Source: a virus
IMG/VR virus record: IMGVR_UViG_3300010392_000400
Span: 5,629 to 69,628 of that record
Strand: one strand, 5' to 3'
DNA: 64,000 bases
This document shows positions 48,401 through 55,912 of the stretch, one piece after another. Below the pieces are notes generated by a model. The model searched no databases and had not been told where the DNA came from. It was given only the letters and a program-made list of their open reading frames with translations. Positions within the stretch are counted from its first letter, which is position 1, and every line of letters starts with the position of its first letter. A program made the position numbers and the translations under genes.

Positions 48401-48551
48401 CGTGCTCTGTGATTACATCGGGGAGAAAATCCCCTGCTAGGACTGGTTCTTCTGTTCCTTGGGCTTGCGACGCAGGTAGGTACTGGTTGGTCTCAGGATC
48501 ATAGACCAAACCCATGGTTTCGGCATAAATTGCGTCGTACTCTTTGGGCAT
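42495..48551 (-). CDS. Large internal virion / DNA ejection protein (T7 gp16-position analog)
   Basis: 2018 aa, Ala/Gly hydrophobic segments, GATEETLQ/EYAWSALGG repeats, last in structural module. Confidence 0.7.
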   Translation of the reverse strand: MPKEYDAIYAETMGLVYDPETNQYLPASQAQGTEEPVLAGDFLPDVITEHEGPAETRTERHRAAILGAQGPNPWHPWEEGDKKPGFFGGLISGIQDDIPRLGVQLGDAFDTNWGPLGGQDDATHEDRIHLIDEINRRREERGEWTDLRDVFDDESFLQNWGDFTLWFRETFGRSFPILAAGAAVGAAAPAEGAAALVAGGATATVASYPFILSEMMNRNYEETTQDGEDPDYNAVQTMGLALPAAAVEGLSQAIVPIRLLNPVLRNLASRMTGEAAQTTMSQEARRGLLSTVTREFFIGAGTGATEETLQAGFERLAAPGVEVLGPDALEEYAWSALGGALMEGPLGSGISGVNHYVNPALTSRAIQSRATEAVENDVVSVDDLYDDTPTFLPLSTREVTSVLDNAKNEAFTRERNRIRGHVFQTPQDARAYLRTTGNMVTEILTAVTPPEVGVGAMTEESIAALPDQEAINLAEIAMAAGTMKLTGYGANNFRGMSLSEVFNTGNEQVNQDRKFLSEFEATQRDPGNPDQTVSFRPFSVEQLSLMTPRVSNELANYLRYTQKTPDRTDMDTTNIESAVGGLSKQANAMMDQDQQRYSTVMDQIRKDQSREILSRENPVLAQIEDALKAQPEGAPTIHPSSLGNIKGKAQSAYDNFVKKAEESGVDPRTLLNSSAWRVPSEIMRRVPRAKLKEMDKAYKELDSVLDEIKAGKLLDSIGEAFATPDTNLYSVDAQDVRLSDITWTNFQQAKIAPSFSNYRGNTSALVNQAFAGPGLKKFRDNLERDIRAFETSLDARARVTTLTYAMNNMDNLSVNDGTALFHVLREMDFWSPQELAKMYDINPKTIKNSLMDLDANVQSSLVRDLGKNKFSEVITSEAFSQYMTKKVIIHAVREAFYPNFMRAQTSMSRAANGDLKNLLGNTWDSYEVRRGIEEASHKYYQSSIRREVRRNTTEGMNKEGRGVVDLIASDQMSANPNTVALQGSNNFDAMFKSQKSWRTLQRQAKDFPALATLVDAVRSRNTLIEKIMLEFQTDFADAVPFNNPEKVKQTERALHRLDIMNATGQSLENRTDDNRLLYKAWDPSSGELRTFALTPEETAAVDNLTKTLKKVPLMYKVMTQESISDLGISVDGRTLGDVETTSKEVYQWIENATEELSAMTVESPAKAKLQENVDRAEVYANTLEFSEVLLDPSRPYFPHLRSSPNTMFQAFYFKNSKGIRVLNPDAGPRGDKYLKMVVEIPVNKKNKPSVEGLAAARARVQKDMVQLYQAHYPDLNIVQYEETTPVDRSSIKRGELTELGFEATIEDMGHVLRATDLSSKDMQKVIKDLRSRRSQRMSAEGRKGSLMSYVRMTTNIGGYSQDYVSVLGEYLSNAPWVLANDRYADVFKRYGDILNNTTRDLSTDTINEHFPEEQRAFLKKQWEYMTEPANDLSLMRQLNFFYALGFQLSTAFLNLFTIPTVVYPSLSSFRTSVLGNAKTMAKMSAAAAEIIHTAEVEAGRNNTDIKGRTIELRYSEASLRKTLRKHFPKEKVETIMGVTQNNMVHLQQSIMEESFTRGRLQSVHDQYQGKVQSALGRFKDKTLMFAGFPLHMAERYTRLSAFLSYLDLMVSNDGTVNTDAINSYLTSNKDNALIGTILENRKITDASDLRVLGPIAVQMVQDTHGVYDKTGRGAIQRGWAGSIIFPFMTYPLTVLEFLGNSAFHTGVQGKQTFALAMTMFFVFAGINGFPGAETYKELFEFIMQYLVPKDKRRIVNADERLNWYLTQELGLEPEVARILTNGSLASMNMDMSRRIGIPLPFENAVSFMANPDSSYAQQRITGIPGRLLADTGAGRFDRLAPVAAQNIFRSLDWASSGVETTRGVQYVGPEEIRFDEVALRALGIQPLSVSERNLNSYTWRSLEEQYIVPARRALYRDLTEIGVNIHYSQEAGNVERTAELTDAFNDRIFDFYVSMAAHNTVPPPRLMTSIRRQVAREITQRVDPGAFTEGERPGTRQPEFDAPEGSRWGENEFQLEDE

Positions 48552-48553
48552 TA

Positions 48554-51500
48554 CTATTGTAGTCCATTTCTATTTTCGAGTTCCCTCTGGATGTTCGCGG
48601 CAAGCTGCTCAGGAGGGATTCCTTCAGAGTACACCTCTCTAGGTATACCTGCTGCATCTAGGTACTGCAAGAGGGTTCCTATACGGGCGTTCTCTGGAAT
48701 ACTCGGGTCATTTAAGAGAGCGGAGACAAAGTCGTGGGCCCTCGTTGGGCTGCTTAGAACTTCGTTAAACATAGAGTCTCTCTGAGAACGTCTCTGAGCT
48801 ACCTCTGCCATAGCCTCTTCTCTTTGGGCTCTTTCGTGTTGAGCCCTTGCTATCTCCAGAGCTTCCCTTCGCATATCGTTGTCTTGCTTTCGTCGCTGAG
48901 CTTGCATAATAGACTGCTGTTCTTGAGCTTGCTGTTCCTGTGCCCTTGCTTGTTCTTGTGAAATATGGTTTATGGCTGGCCCTGCACCTTCTGTGGCCAT
49001 AAGGAGTCCACCTTGAACTAGGTCCCAACGAATTCTGTCTAACCAAGAAGGTTCTTTTTTAGAGTTTCCTTGGGGCTTCCTTAGCATTTCTTCTGCCATT
49101 TCCTCTAACGGGGACCCTCCTGCTTCTACGGGTTCTGGGTCCTCGTACGAAGGCCACTGGGGTCTTTGCACGGGCCTCGCCATAGGACCCTGGTAAGGTC
49201 CTGGCTCTTGGCCCCCTGTTAAGTACGATGGGAGATTCCTAGGAGGTTCTCCGTATGTTGCTAAAGGATTTTCTGAAGCTCTCCCCATGTCCATTGGGAC
49301 ATTAGTAGGAACTCCGTACATACCTGTGTTAACCCCAAGCATGTTATTAATTCTGTCCATAGGGTTCAACTGGTCTAGGACTCTTAGACCACCATCGGCA
49401 AAGCCTTGGACCTCTCCCCCGTCCTTGAAGCTCGAAGACCCACCTTGGCCTTCTTGTTTCCAAAAGTCGAAGGGACTTCCACCGCCTTGTCCAGCAAGGA
49501 AGTCTTCCCCGAAGTTTACGTTCATGCCTTGCCATCCGAAGTTCTGACCCATGCCTCCTTGTTGCTGTTGTTGCCCACCTTGTCCACGTTGTGGTCCAAC
49601 AGGTTCCATTGGGTGGCTAATCTGAGGGACATCTGCTGATACAATAGGGGCCGCAGGTTTAAATGTACCACTTTGTAAAAGGCTCATAAGACCACCTTGG
49701 GGAATACCCATAGGGGGTGCCATGCCTTCCATAGCACTCATGGGATTCTGTTGGAGGCCCATTGGAGAACCTCCAGTGGGGTTAAAGCCCGGTGCGTTCC
49801 AACCTGCTTCAGCAATTCCGTAGTTCACGTTCCCAGCATCCCTTATTTGGGGTTGGAAGGACCCTTCTCTCATTTGTCTTTGGTAGACACCGGGTGGTGT
49901 TATTTGTTGCCCACTGTGTCCGTACCCTGTGTACCCTGTGCTTCCTGCACGGAGGACTTGGCCACCATCAGCAAATCTTAGTCTAGCTTCCCTATTTTCC
50001 TGAGTGTTATAGTAACCTTCGTAGTCAGGGTCTGTTCCAAAGTATCGTCCAAGGTCTTCTTCATTCCTTTGGCGAAGAAGGGTGTTAAGAGGTGTTGGGT
50101 CTTCTTGGTTATTTACGATGCTTATAATTGAATCAGCTAAGTACTCATCTTCCTCGGTATAAGGAAAATTTTCTTTGTAATACTCTGCTACTCTTTCTGA
50201 AATCCTTAGTGTATCTTCTTCACTAACTCCTCTTTCTCTTAAAACTCTTGCAAACTCCCCTGCTGCAGGGCTTACCCCTCTGACAATATCATAGTTGTAC
50301 ATATCACCTAAGGTATTTCGATAAGGCGTTTCATGACTTCCGTAGTAGTCATCCCTATTGCTTTCTGGTGAAATCCCTTCTCTTTGGAGGATGCGAGACA
50401 CAGCATAATTTAGGCTTTCTAGGTTTCGATAAAGGGAGTTTTCCTCTATTTGTTCTCGTTCCGAAAAGAAGAATGGGTTGGAGGTTGAAGGGTCTCCGCC
50501 ATCAGGGCCTCTATCATGTGGGAGTAGGCCTAGGGATTCAATGAGGGCTTGGGTGTCTCTAGCTCCTCTATCGTGTAGGTCATACCTAAGGAGCTTACCA
50601 CCTTCGCCATCGTCAGGGTACCTTCCTGTACCAATAAGCCGCTCCAATTGAACCTTTCTAAGGTCTGTAGGATTTCTAAAGTAATCGTTCATGAGGGGAT
50701 ACGCAAAATCCATTAAACCCCCTTGTTCCTGGACAGTATCGAAAGCCTCTTCCCAGGTTTCTTCATTATTAAAGGCCTCTGGGATTAGACCCCCTGAAAA
50801 GGTATAAGCCGGGTCAACTCTTTGGGGTACTCCACCTTTGTATTCGTCTGATACTAGACGACCAGAAACCCTTCCTCCATCTTGGTACGCTGGGTACCCT
50901 GTGCTTCCTGCACGGAGGACTTGGCCACCATCAGCAAACCTAGGTTGACCTTCAGAGTTTCTACGTGTATCTGAGATACGTCTTCCTAAGTGAACCGAGT
51001 TCTCTCCTGCGTATAAGTCTTCTATAATTTGGTCTGTGATCCCTCGGATTTGGGACTCACTTACGTCTTGGGCTCTTAGGGCGTCTGCGAAAGCACTAGA
51101 GTAAACGTCTCTGTCCCTTAATACATCTTCTGCAAAGATTTGACCAAGGTTGTCTCCGCCTTGGAGTCTAGAGTTGTCTAAGACAAGTCCTGCAGCAAAG
51201 GACAAGTAGTCCCTATCGTCTGTCCTTTGAAAATCTCTTAGAAGACCCCTGTTTTCCTCTGCACGTACCATGGCATCAAAAGGAGGGATTAGGGTAACAA
51301 AGTTATCTGCCATATCATCCCAGTCTTCCACTTCCCTTTGGGCGTATCTTCTTCTGCGGTCTCTCCCACGCTCACCTGCGTCCATGTATTCTTGGAGAAT
51401 ACGGTCTCTACCTGGATCAGACTCAGGGTATTCTTGCTGACCCCTTCGGTAGTTCACAGGGCCACCGTCTTGGTACGCCGGGTAATTATGCCCGAAGCGG

Positions 51501-53323
51501 TCACTTAGATTTCCTGTGTTACGGCCTTGGCTGGCCACTGAAGGGCGTTGAGATTGCCTCCGGCTTTGCCTCCACTCCTGCCCACCAAGTCCTGGTAGTC
51601 TTCGTCCTGGTCTGTCTCTCCTACTAGAGTCTCCACCTAGGGGTGTCCCAGCAAAGGCTGGTAGCGTAGGTGCTGAGGCATTATACCCATTTGGTCCGTA
51701 GACTTCTGGGTAGTGCTCCTCAGCGTACGGTGACATACCGTAGAGTTGGTTAATGAAAGGATTGTAAGCCACGGTTCCTGAAGGAGTTCCGTGTGACATA
51801 GACCCTTGTGGCATTCCGAATGGTGCTTCGCTACTCTGGCCAAGAAGACCTGCTAAAGGACTTCCTTCAGGTGTACCTGGAGTTCCGTTGCCCATTTGGT
51901 TCATCATGGCCATCATTTCTAAGGTACTTCTGTAGTCTGACCCAAGTCGATCATAGGCTCTACTGTCGGTAGGATTTGGAGAACCCCAAGAGTCTAAAGC
52001 AGCTTGGTCTCTTTCGTTGAACAGGATGCCGCCTTGTTCGTCTAGGTCGTAATGAATTTGGTCTCTTCCGTGGGGGTTTCTCTTGTTGTTGAAGGATACG
52101 TACCCACCATCTTGGTACTCGTCCTCGGGTCTACGTTGTGCGTAGGTAACACCGGGGGGAGGTGCTCCGTACATTCCTGGACGGTAGCCTTCTATAAGTT
52201 TCCAAAAAGGGGTGTCGTACCCTACGTCTGGGAAGCTCACGATGCGTTCCAACCACGAAGGGTTCTCGTGTCCACGTTCTTCACGGACGATCTCTCCACC
52301 GTCTGCGTAGCCTCCAATGAGACCTCCGTCTTTGACCATAGGAGCAAACTGACCCGGTGGCATAGCAGCGTTAGTTGCCCCGCCACTCAACATGTTTCCA
52401 AACCCTAGCGCCGCCATGGGGTTTCCACCCATGAGGCCAGCAACACCCATAGCACCACCTAGGACTTGCTCAAAGAGACCCGGTCCTGGTTGTGTAGTTG
52501 TCGTTGTACCTTGGGATGTTCCAGAGGTATGTTGAGGGGAGGACTGCCAAGGGTACCCGTAGGCAATGTTTGAGTAGAACTGAGCTGTATCAAAAGGATA
52601 CTGAACACCTCTTCCGAACTCCCCTACTCCAAAGTCCAAAGCGCCTTGAGCTTGTCCTTGGTACTGTTGCCCAATGTTTAAGAGGTTCTGAGCGTTGGCT
52701 ACCTGTTGAGAGCGTAGGGCCTCACTAGTCCCCATACCAGTTCCAATGGCAGACGCGTTAGCACCTTGACCCCTGTACCAGTTGTCGAGGGCACTGTTGT
52801 AGGCGTCTTGTTGACCCCCGTAAGAAAGCTCCATGGCATTTCGGAGGTGGCCACGTTGAAGTTCACCTTCTTGCACCCCGTGGCGACTTCCTCCAAACGA
52901 CCCCGCTAGCGCTTGGTTGCCATAGAGTTGTTGACGCATTACGTCGTATTGCTCTTGGAGATTTTCCATACCGATGTCCGTAACATTCTGTGTGTACGGG
53001 TTCATCCGACCTTGGATTTCTTGAGAAGTAGGGGGACGACCTGCTTGGTCTAGGAGAGCTAGGGTGTTCCCTGTCACCGCTTCGTTAATGGGGTACGCAG
53101 CGTCAGAGACCCCTCGGATACGTTGGTGTCCCTCAAGAGAGTCTGGTGCAAACGAAGCAACAGGCACCCCTGGGTAGGCTTGGAAGGACTGATCAGCAGC
53201 ACTCCCTGCCATGCCCAAAGCTCTTGTCCAAGCGTTCTGTGCTTCCTGTGGAACTTGGTACTCGCTCCACTGGTCAAAGCTCTGGTTAGTGTTATGTGTA
53301 CTTGTTTGTGAGCCTTTGCCCAT
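48554..53323 (-). CDS. Internal virion / DNA transfer protein, modular, with nine xxDGG tags
   Basis: N-terminus MGKGSQTST..QAYPG..MNPYTQNV..AGSFGGSR..QYP..TTTTQPG typical of podoviral ejection proteins, then tag-separated modules. Confidence 0.75.
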   Translation of the reverse strand: MGKGSQTSTHNTNQSFDQWSEYQVPQEAQNAWTRALGMAGSAADQSFQAYPGVPVASFAPDSLEGHQRIRGVSDAAYPINEAVTGNTLALLDQAGRPPTSQEIQGRMNPYTQNVTDIGMENLQEQYDVMRQQLYGNQALAGSFGGSRHGVQEGELQRGHLRNAMELSYGGQQDAYNSALDNWYRGQGANASAIGTGMGTSEALRSQQVANAQNLLNIGQQYQGQAQGALDFGVGEFGRGVQYPFDTAQFYSNIAYGYPWQSSPQHTSGTSQGTTTTTQPGPGLFEQVLGGAMGVAGLMGGNPMAALGFGNMLSGGATNAAMPPGQFAPMVKDGGLIGGYADGGEIVREERGHENPSWLERIVSFPDVGYDTPFWKLIEGYRPGMYGAPPPGVTYAQRRPEDEYQDGGYVSFNNKRNPHGRDQIHYDLDEQGGILFNERDQAALDSWGSPNPTDSRAYDRLGSDYRSTLEMMAMMNQMGNGTPGTPEGSPLAGLLGQSSEAPFGMPQGSMSHGTPSGTVAYNPFINQLYGMSPYAEEHYPEVYGPNGYNASAPTLPAFAGTPLGGDSSRRDRPGRRLPGLGGQEWRQSRRQSQRPSVASQGRNTGNLSDRFGHNYPAYQDGGPVNYRRGQQEYPESDPGRDRILQEYMDAGERGRDRRRRYAQREVEDWDDMADNFVTLIPPFDAMVRAEENRGLLRDFQRTDDRDYLSFAAGLVLDNSRLQGGDNLGQIFAEDVLRDRDVYSSAFADALRAQDVSESQIRGITDQIIEDLYAGENSVHLGRRISDTRRNSEGQPRFADGGQVLRAGSTGYPAYQDGGRVSGRLVSDEYKGGVPQRVDPAYTFSGGLIPEAFNNEETWEEAFDTVQEQGGLMDFAYPLMNDYFRNPTDLRKVQLERLIGTGRYPDDGEGGKLLRYDLHDRGARDTQALIESLGLLPHDRGPDGGDPSTSNPFFFSEREQIEENSLYRNLESLNYAVSRILQREGISPESNRDDYYGSHETPYRNTLGDMYNYDIVRGVSPAAGEFARVLRERGVSEEDTLRISERVAEYYKENFPYTEEDEYLADSIISIVNNQEDPTPLNTLLRQRNEEDLGRYFGTDPDYEGYYNTQENREARLRFADGGQVLRAGSTGYTGYGHSGQQITPPGVYQRQMREGSFQPQIRDAGNVNYGIAEAGWNAPGFNPTGGSPMGLQQNPMSAMEGMAPPMGIPQGGLMSLLQSGTFKPAAPIVSADVPQISHPMEPVGPQRGQGGQQQQQGGMGQNFGWQGMNVNFGEDFLAGQGGGSPFDFWKQEGQGGSSSFKDGGEVQGFADGGLRVLDQLNPMDRINNMLGVNTGMYGVPTNVPMDMGRASENPLATYGEPPRNLPSYLTGGQEPGPYQGPMARPVQRPQWPSYEDPEPVEAGGSPLEEMAEEMLRKPQGNSKKEPSWLDRIRWDLVQGGLLMATEGAGPAINHISQEQARAQEQQAQEQQSIMQAQRRKQDNDMRREALEIARAQHERAQREEAMAEVAQRRSQRDSMFNEVLSSPTRAHDFVSALLNDPSIPENARIGTLLQYLDAAGIPREVYSEGIPPEQLAANIQRELENRNGLQ
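49931..50938. repeat. 45-bp perfect direct repeat (49931-49975, 50894-50938) encoding FADGGQVLRAGSTGY
   Basis: gtaccctgtgcttcctgcacggaggacttggccaccatcagcaaa occurs twice. Confidence 0.92.
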
Positions 53324-53332
53324 GTTTTTTCC

Positions 53333-54217
53333 TTATTTACCTGTACCTACACGGCCATACGTAGTCTCAGCAGCAGCATTAATCGTCTGGTCAATTTCTA
53401 AGTCAGATAGCCCTTGGCTTCTAAGGTATGCGGCGAATCTACCGTTAAAGGCATTTCCTTCCTGTACGTCTTGGGCAAGCATCCTTGCTAGTCTGTCGGT
53501 GTCATTCCCATAAGAATCTCCATAGGTATTAAGGATATCTTTGTATATTCCAACATCGTACCCACTACGCCCCTGTGGAGAAACCCCCCCGCCGTCTTGG
53601 TACTTCTTGGCTAACGCGGATAACAGCCTGTTTTTCACGGGACCTCCATTCTTGTATTGCCCTGGCGTATAATCGTCAAATTCAGAAACCCCGTAGTCTG
53701 GGGTACCTAGTTTTGCTGCTGCCCAAGAAGCGGCATCAAGTCGGGCGTTGAAATTATGAGATTCACCTGCCCTATAGTCTCTTGTTTGATGTCCAATGGC
53801 GTAAGGGAACTCTCCTTGCTCCCAATCACTTGCTGTACCCCTGTGGTAATCTCTAACGAATGCCTGAGCAATAGCCTCTATTTCCCCTTCGTCTGGAGGG
53901 GAGCGCACTCCTTCGTAGTCGTCAACATTTCTTTCGTATACTTCTCTTATCACAGGTAGAATTTCTCGGAACAGGCTATGTTCTTTTTGTCCCCAGTCAT
54001 CTTCAACGTAGCCATTCCTATGAGAATACCTTTCCCCGTACCTTGGTAAAGACCCACCTTCAAAAAGGTTCATTTCCTCTAGGGCAAAACGTGCCTCGTC
54101 GCTTCCAACGAAACGGCCCTTATCGTCGAAGACATCAGGGTATCCTGAGATAGCCGCCCTACTTCGTGGACCTAAGTCTCCGATAGTTCCTCCGTCTTGG
54201 TATTTTCTTCGTTGCAT
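53333..54217 (-). CDS. Hypothetical virion-associated protein with three YxxGG tags
   Basis: YQDGGTI, YKNGGPV, YQDGGGV. Confidence 0.7.
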   Translation of the reverse strand: MQRRKYQDGGTIGDLGPRSRAAISGYPDVFDDKGRFVGSDEARFALEEMNLFEGGSLPRYGERYSHRNGYVEDDWGQKEHSLFREILPVIREVYERNVDDYEGVRSPPDEGEIEAIAQAFVRDYHRGTASDWEQGEFPYAIGHQTRDYRAGESHNFNARLDAASWAAAKLGTPDYGVSEFDDYTPGQYKNGGPVKNRLLSALAKKYQDGGGVSPQGRSGYDVGIYKDILNTYGDSYGNDTDRLARMLAQDVQEGNAFNGRFAAYLRSQGLSDLEIDQTINAAAETTYGRVGTGK

Positions 54218-54220
54218 TTC

Positions 54221-54739
54221 TTATCCTTTGTGTATCAACACGCTCCCTAGCTTGTCGAAGCCTTTCCTCTTAAAGTATTTCTCTAGCACCTCTACTTGGT
54301 CAGTGTACTGGAACGTTGATCCGACTAGGGGGAACCCCGACATCTTCGCAAAGTCAATAGCAATTTCCATGAGACGGTTAGCTAGATTGTAGCTTCGATA
54401 TAACGGATTCACATAGAACACGAGGTTTACGAGCATCCGATCTTTGCTCCACCAAACTCCTTCGAGTCGGAGAGCCATAATCCCTGTTAGTATATCACGC
54501 CCCTTCTTGTCTGTAAAGGAGGTAACCCATACAATCCCCTCCTCATTTGGACCAAGGAGGTTCCAGAAAGTTGTCTTCACGGCTTCAGCGTCCTTTGGAA
54601 GGAACCCGTGAAGGTTGTTTTGTACGTCGAGGTCATCTCCTACGAGAAAGTTAACAATACTCTCTATGTCTAAGATGGTTGCTCTACGGAGCGCGTGGCG
54701 GTCTTTGGGCTCTTTGGCCACCTTGGCGTTTTGGGGCAT
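54221..54739 (-). CDS. GNAT-fold acetyltransferase-like virion morphogenesis protein
   Basis: LRRATILDI, FYVNPLYR..LANRL, YFKRKGF. Confidence 0.8.
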   Translation of the reverse strand: MPQNAKVAKEPKDRHALRRATILDIESIVNFLVGDDLDVQNNLHGFLPKDAEAVKTTFWNLLGPNEEGIVWVTSFTDKKGRDILTGIMALRLEGVWWSKDRMLVNLVFYVNPLYRSYNLANRLMEIAIDFAKMSGFPLVGSTFQYTDQVEVLEKYFKRKGFDKLGSVLIHKG

Positions 54740-54995
54740 TCTTCTGCTTTCCTAAGACCGCTTGGAAATCCACAGGCTTAGCCTTGTTTCCCTTGTAGTT
54801 CTGGCGGATACCATCCACCAAGCGGTTAAGCGCCTCAGCCCCTGCTTTCGTATTTCCGTCGCCTATCATGGCCACTACGTCAGCAGGGATTACATACTCC
54901 CCCTCAGAAACCTTGGCAATAATGTCGTCGTCACGCCCCTTGTTCGGGGTGCTCATGACAGAGCTTGCCAGCATATCCATTAAATTGTCAGCCAT
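54684..54995 (-). CDS. Stand-alone GEYV domain (tape-measure C-terminal-like)
   Basis: DDDIIAKVSEGEYVIPADVVAMIGDGNTKAGAEAL. Confidence 0.72.
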   Translation of the reverse strand: MADNLMDMLASSVMSTPNKGRDDDIIAKVSEGEYVIPADVVAMIGDGNTKAGAEALNRLVDGIRQNYKGNKAKPVDFQAVLGKQKNAPKRQGGQRAQRPPRAP

Positions 54996-55147
54996 AAGTA
55001 ACCCCTCGCTAATGTTCTTTCAATATCTTCGATAGCTTCTAGGATATCATAGGGTATTTCCCAGTTTTTCCCAAAATCTCCTTCGTCTGCCAAGGAGTAC
55101 TTTGAGATATCGTCGATATAATCTTCCATGTTCTTGTATCCTATCAT
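54980..55147 (-). CDS. Small acidic hypothetical protein, 55 aa (not in ORF track)
   Basis: MIGYKNMEDYIDD... fills the operon gap. Confidence 0.4.
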   Translation of the reverse strand: MIGYKNMEDYIDDISKYSLADEGDFGKNWEIPYDILEAIEDIERTLARGYLWLTI

Positions 55148-55163
55148 ACGTACCACCAGAGCG

Positions 55164-55670
55164 CTAGTTAGCTTGTAACGTGCTCAACTGAGCCCATCTA
55201 GGTTCATTTGTTACTTGGACTAAGGAAATTGTGTCATACTGTGTAAGGACTTTGTCTGTTCCAGAGTCTAGCTCTTGCTCCGCGTTATTCTCCACGGTAA
55301 CCGAATTTGCACCGTCTAGGTTTACGACTATGACCATAGTCCACACGTACGCGTTGTCTAGCCCTTGGATTACTACATCACCCCCTAGACTATCCGCCCA
55401 GATAAGAACTGGTGCTCCTAGGGACAACTGGGAGTACTTGAGGTCTACCCGGATATTCCCGGATTTCCCGTTGAGGTTCACTGCCTCCCGATGGGGATTA
55501 CCATCTGCCGTAGCAGGGCGACGAGCCTCTGCGTACACTCGCTCTAGGCTTCTTTCGAGGTCCTTTAGGAAGGCTTCGAGGTACCTGGATTGGTTGTCGT
55601 CAAAGAGCTTAGGGGGCACTGTGGGGAGCTTAGCCGTAAACTCTTTTCTGTCGATCTTCTCAAAGGCCAC
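55164..55670 (-). CDS. Structural protein downstream of tail nozzle
   Basis: LPTVPP..LERSL helix then beta-rich domain; GGAG RBS. Confidence 0.6.
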   Translation of the reverse strand: MAFEKIDRKEFTAKLPTVPPKLFDDNQSRYLEAFLKDLERSLERVYAEARRPATADGNPHREAVNLNGKSGNIRVDLKYSQLSLGAPVLIWADSLGGDVVIQGLDNAYVWTMVIVVNLDGANSVTVENNAEQELDSGTDKVLTQYDTISLVQVTNEPRWAQLSTLQAN

Positions 55671-55672
55671 AT

Positions 55673-55912
55673 CTACTCCTCTACATCTTTGCTAGCTATA
55701 GCGTCTTCGATATCCTCGGTAATAGGCTTTACGTAGACACAGTCTTCTGCTACTACGTCTACTCCGATACGACACTTGATAAGGACTAGGTCCCTTTGAA
55801 GCTCGCTCCAAGCCACCGCCCCAGATACTGCTACCCCGAACCCGCTAATAAGAATCCCAACAATCCAGATAGGAAGCATTTTCTTAAAGTGATCTTCTAT
55901 ATATTGCCACAT
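55673..55912 (-). CDS. Small membrane protein
   Basis: One TM segment; TAATG coupling. Confidence 0.55.
   Translation of the reverse strand: MWQYIEDHFKKMLPIWIVGILISGFGVAVSGAVAWSELQRDLVLIKCRIGVDVVAEDCVYVKPITEDIEDAIASKDVEE

Noticed and set aside
49931-50938. Repeat pair as diversity-generating retroelement TR/VR
   Set aside because: Copies are identical, short and no reverse transcriptase is present
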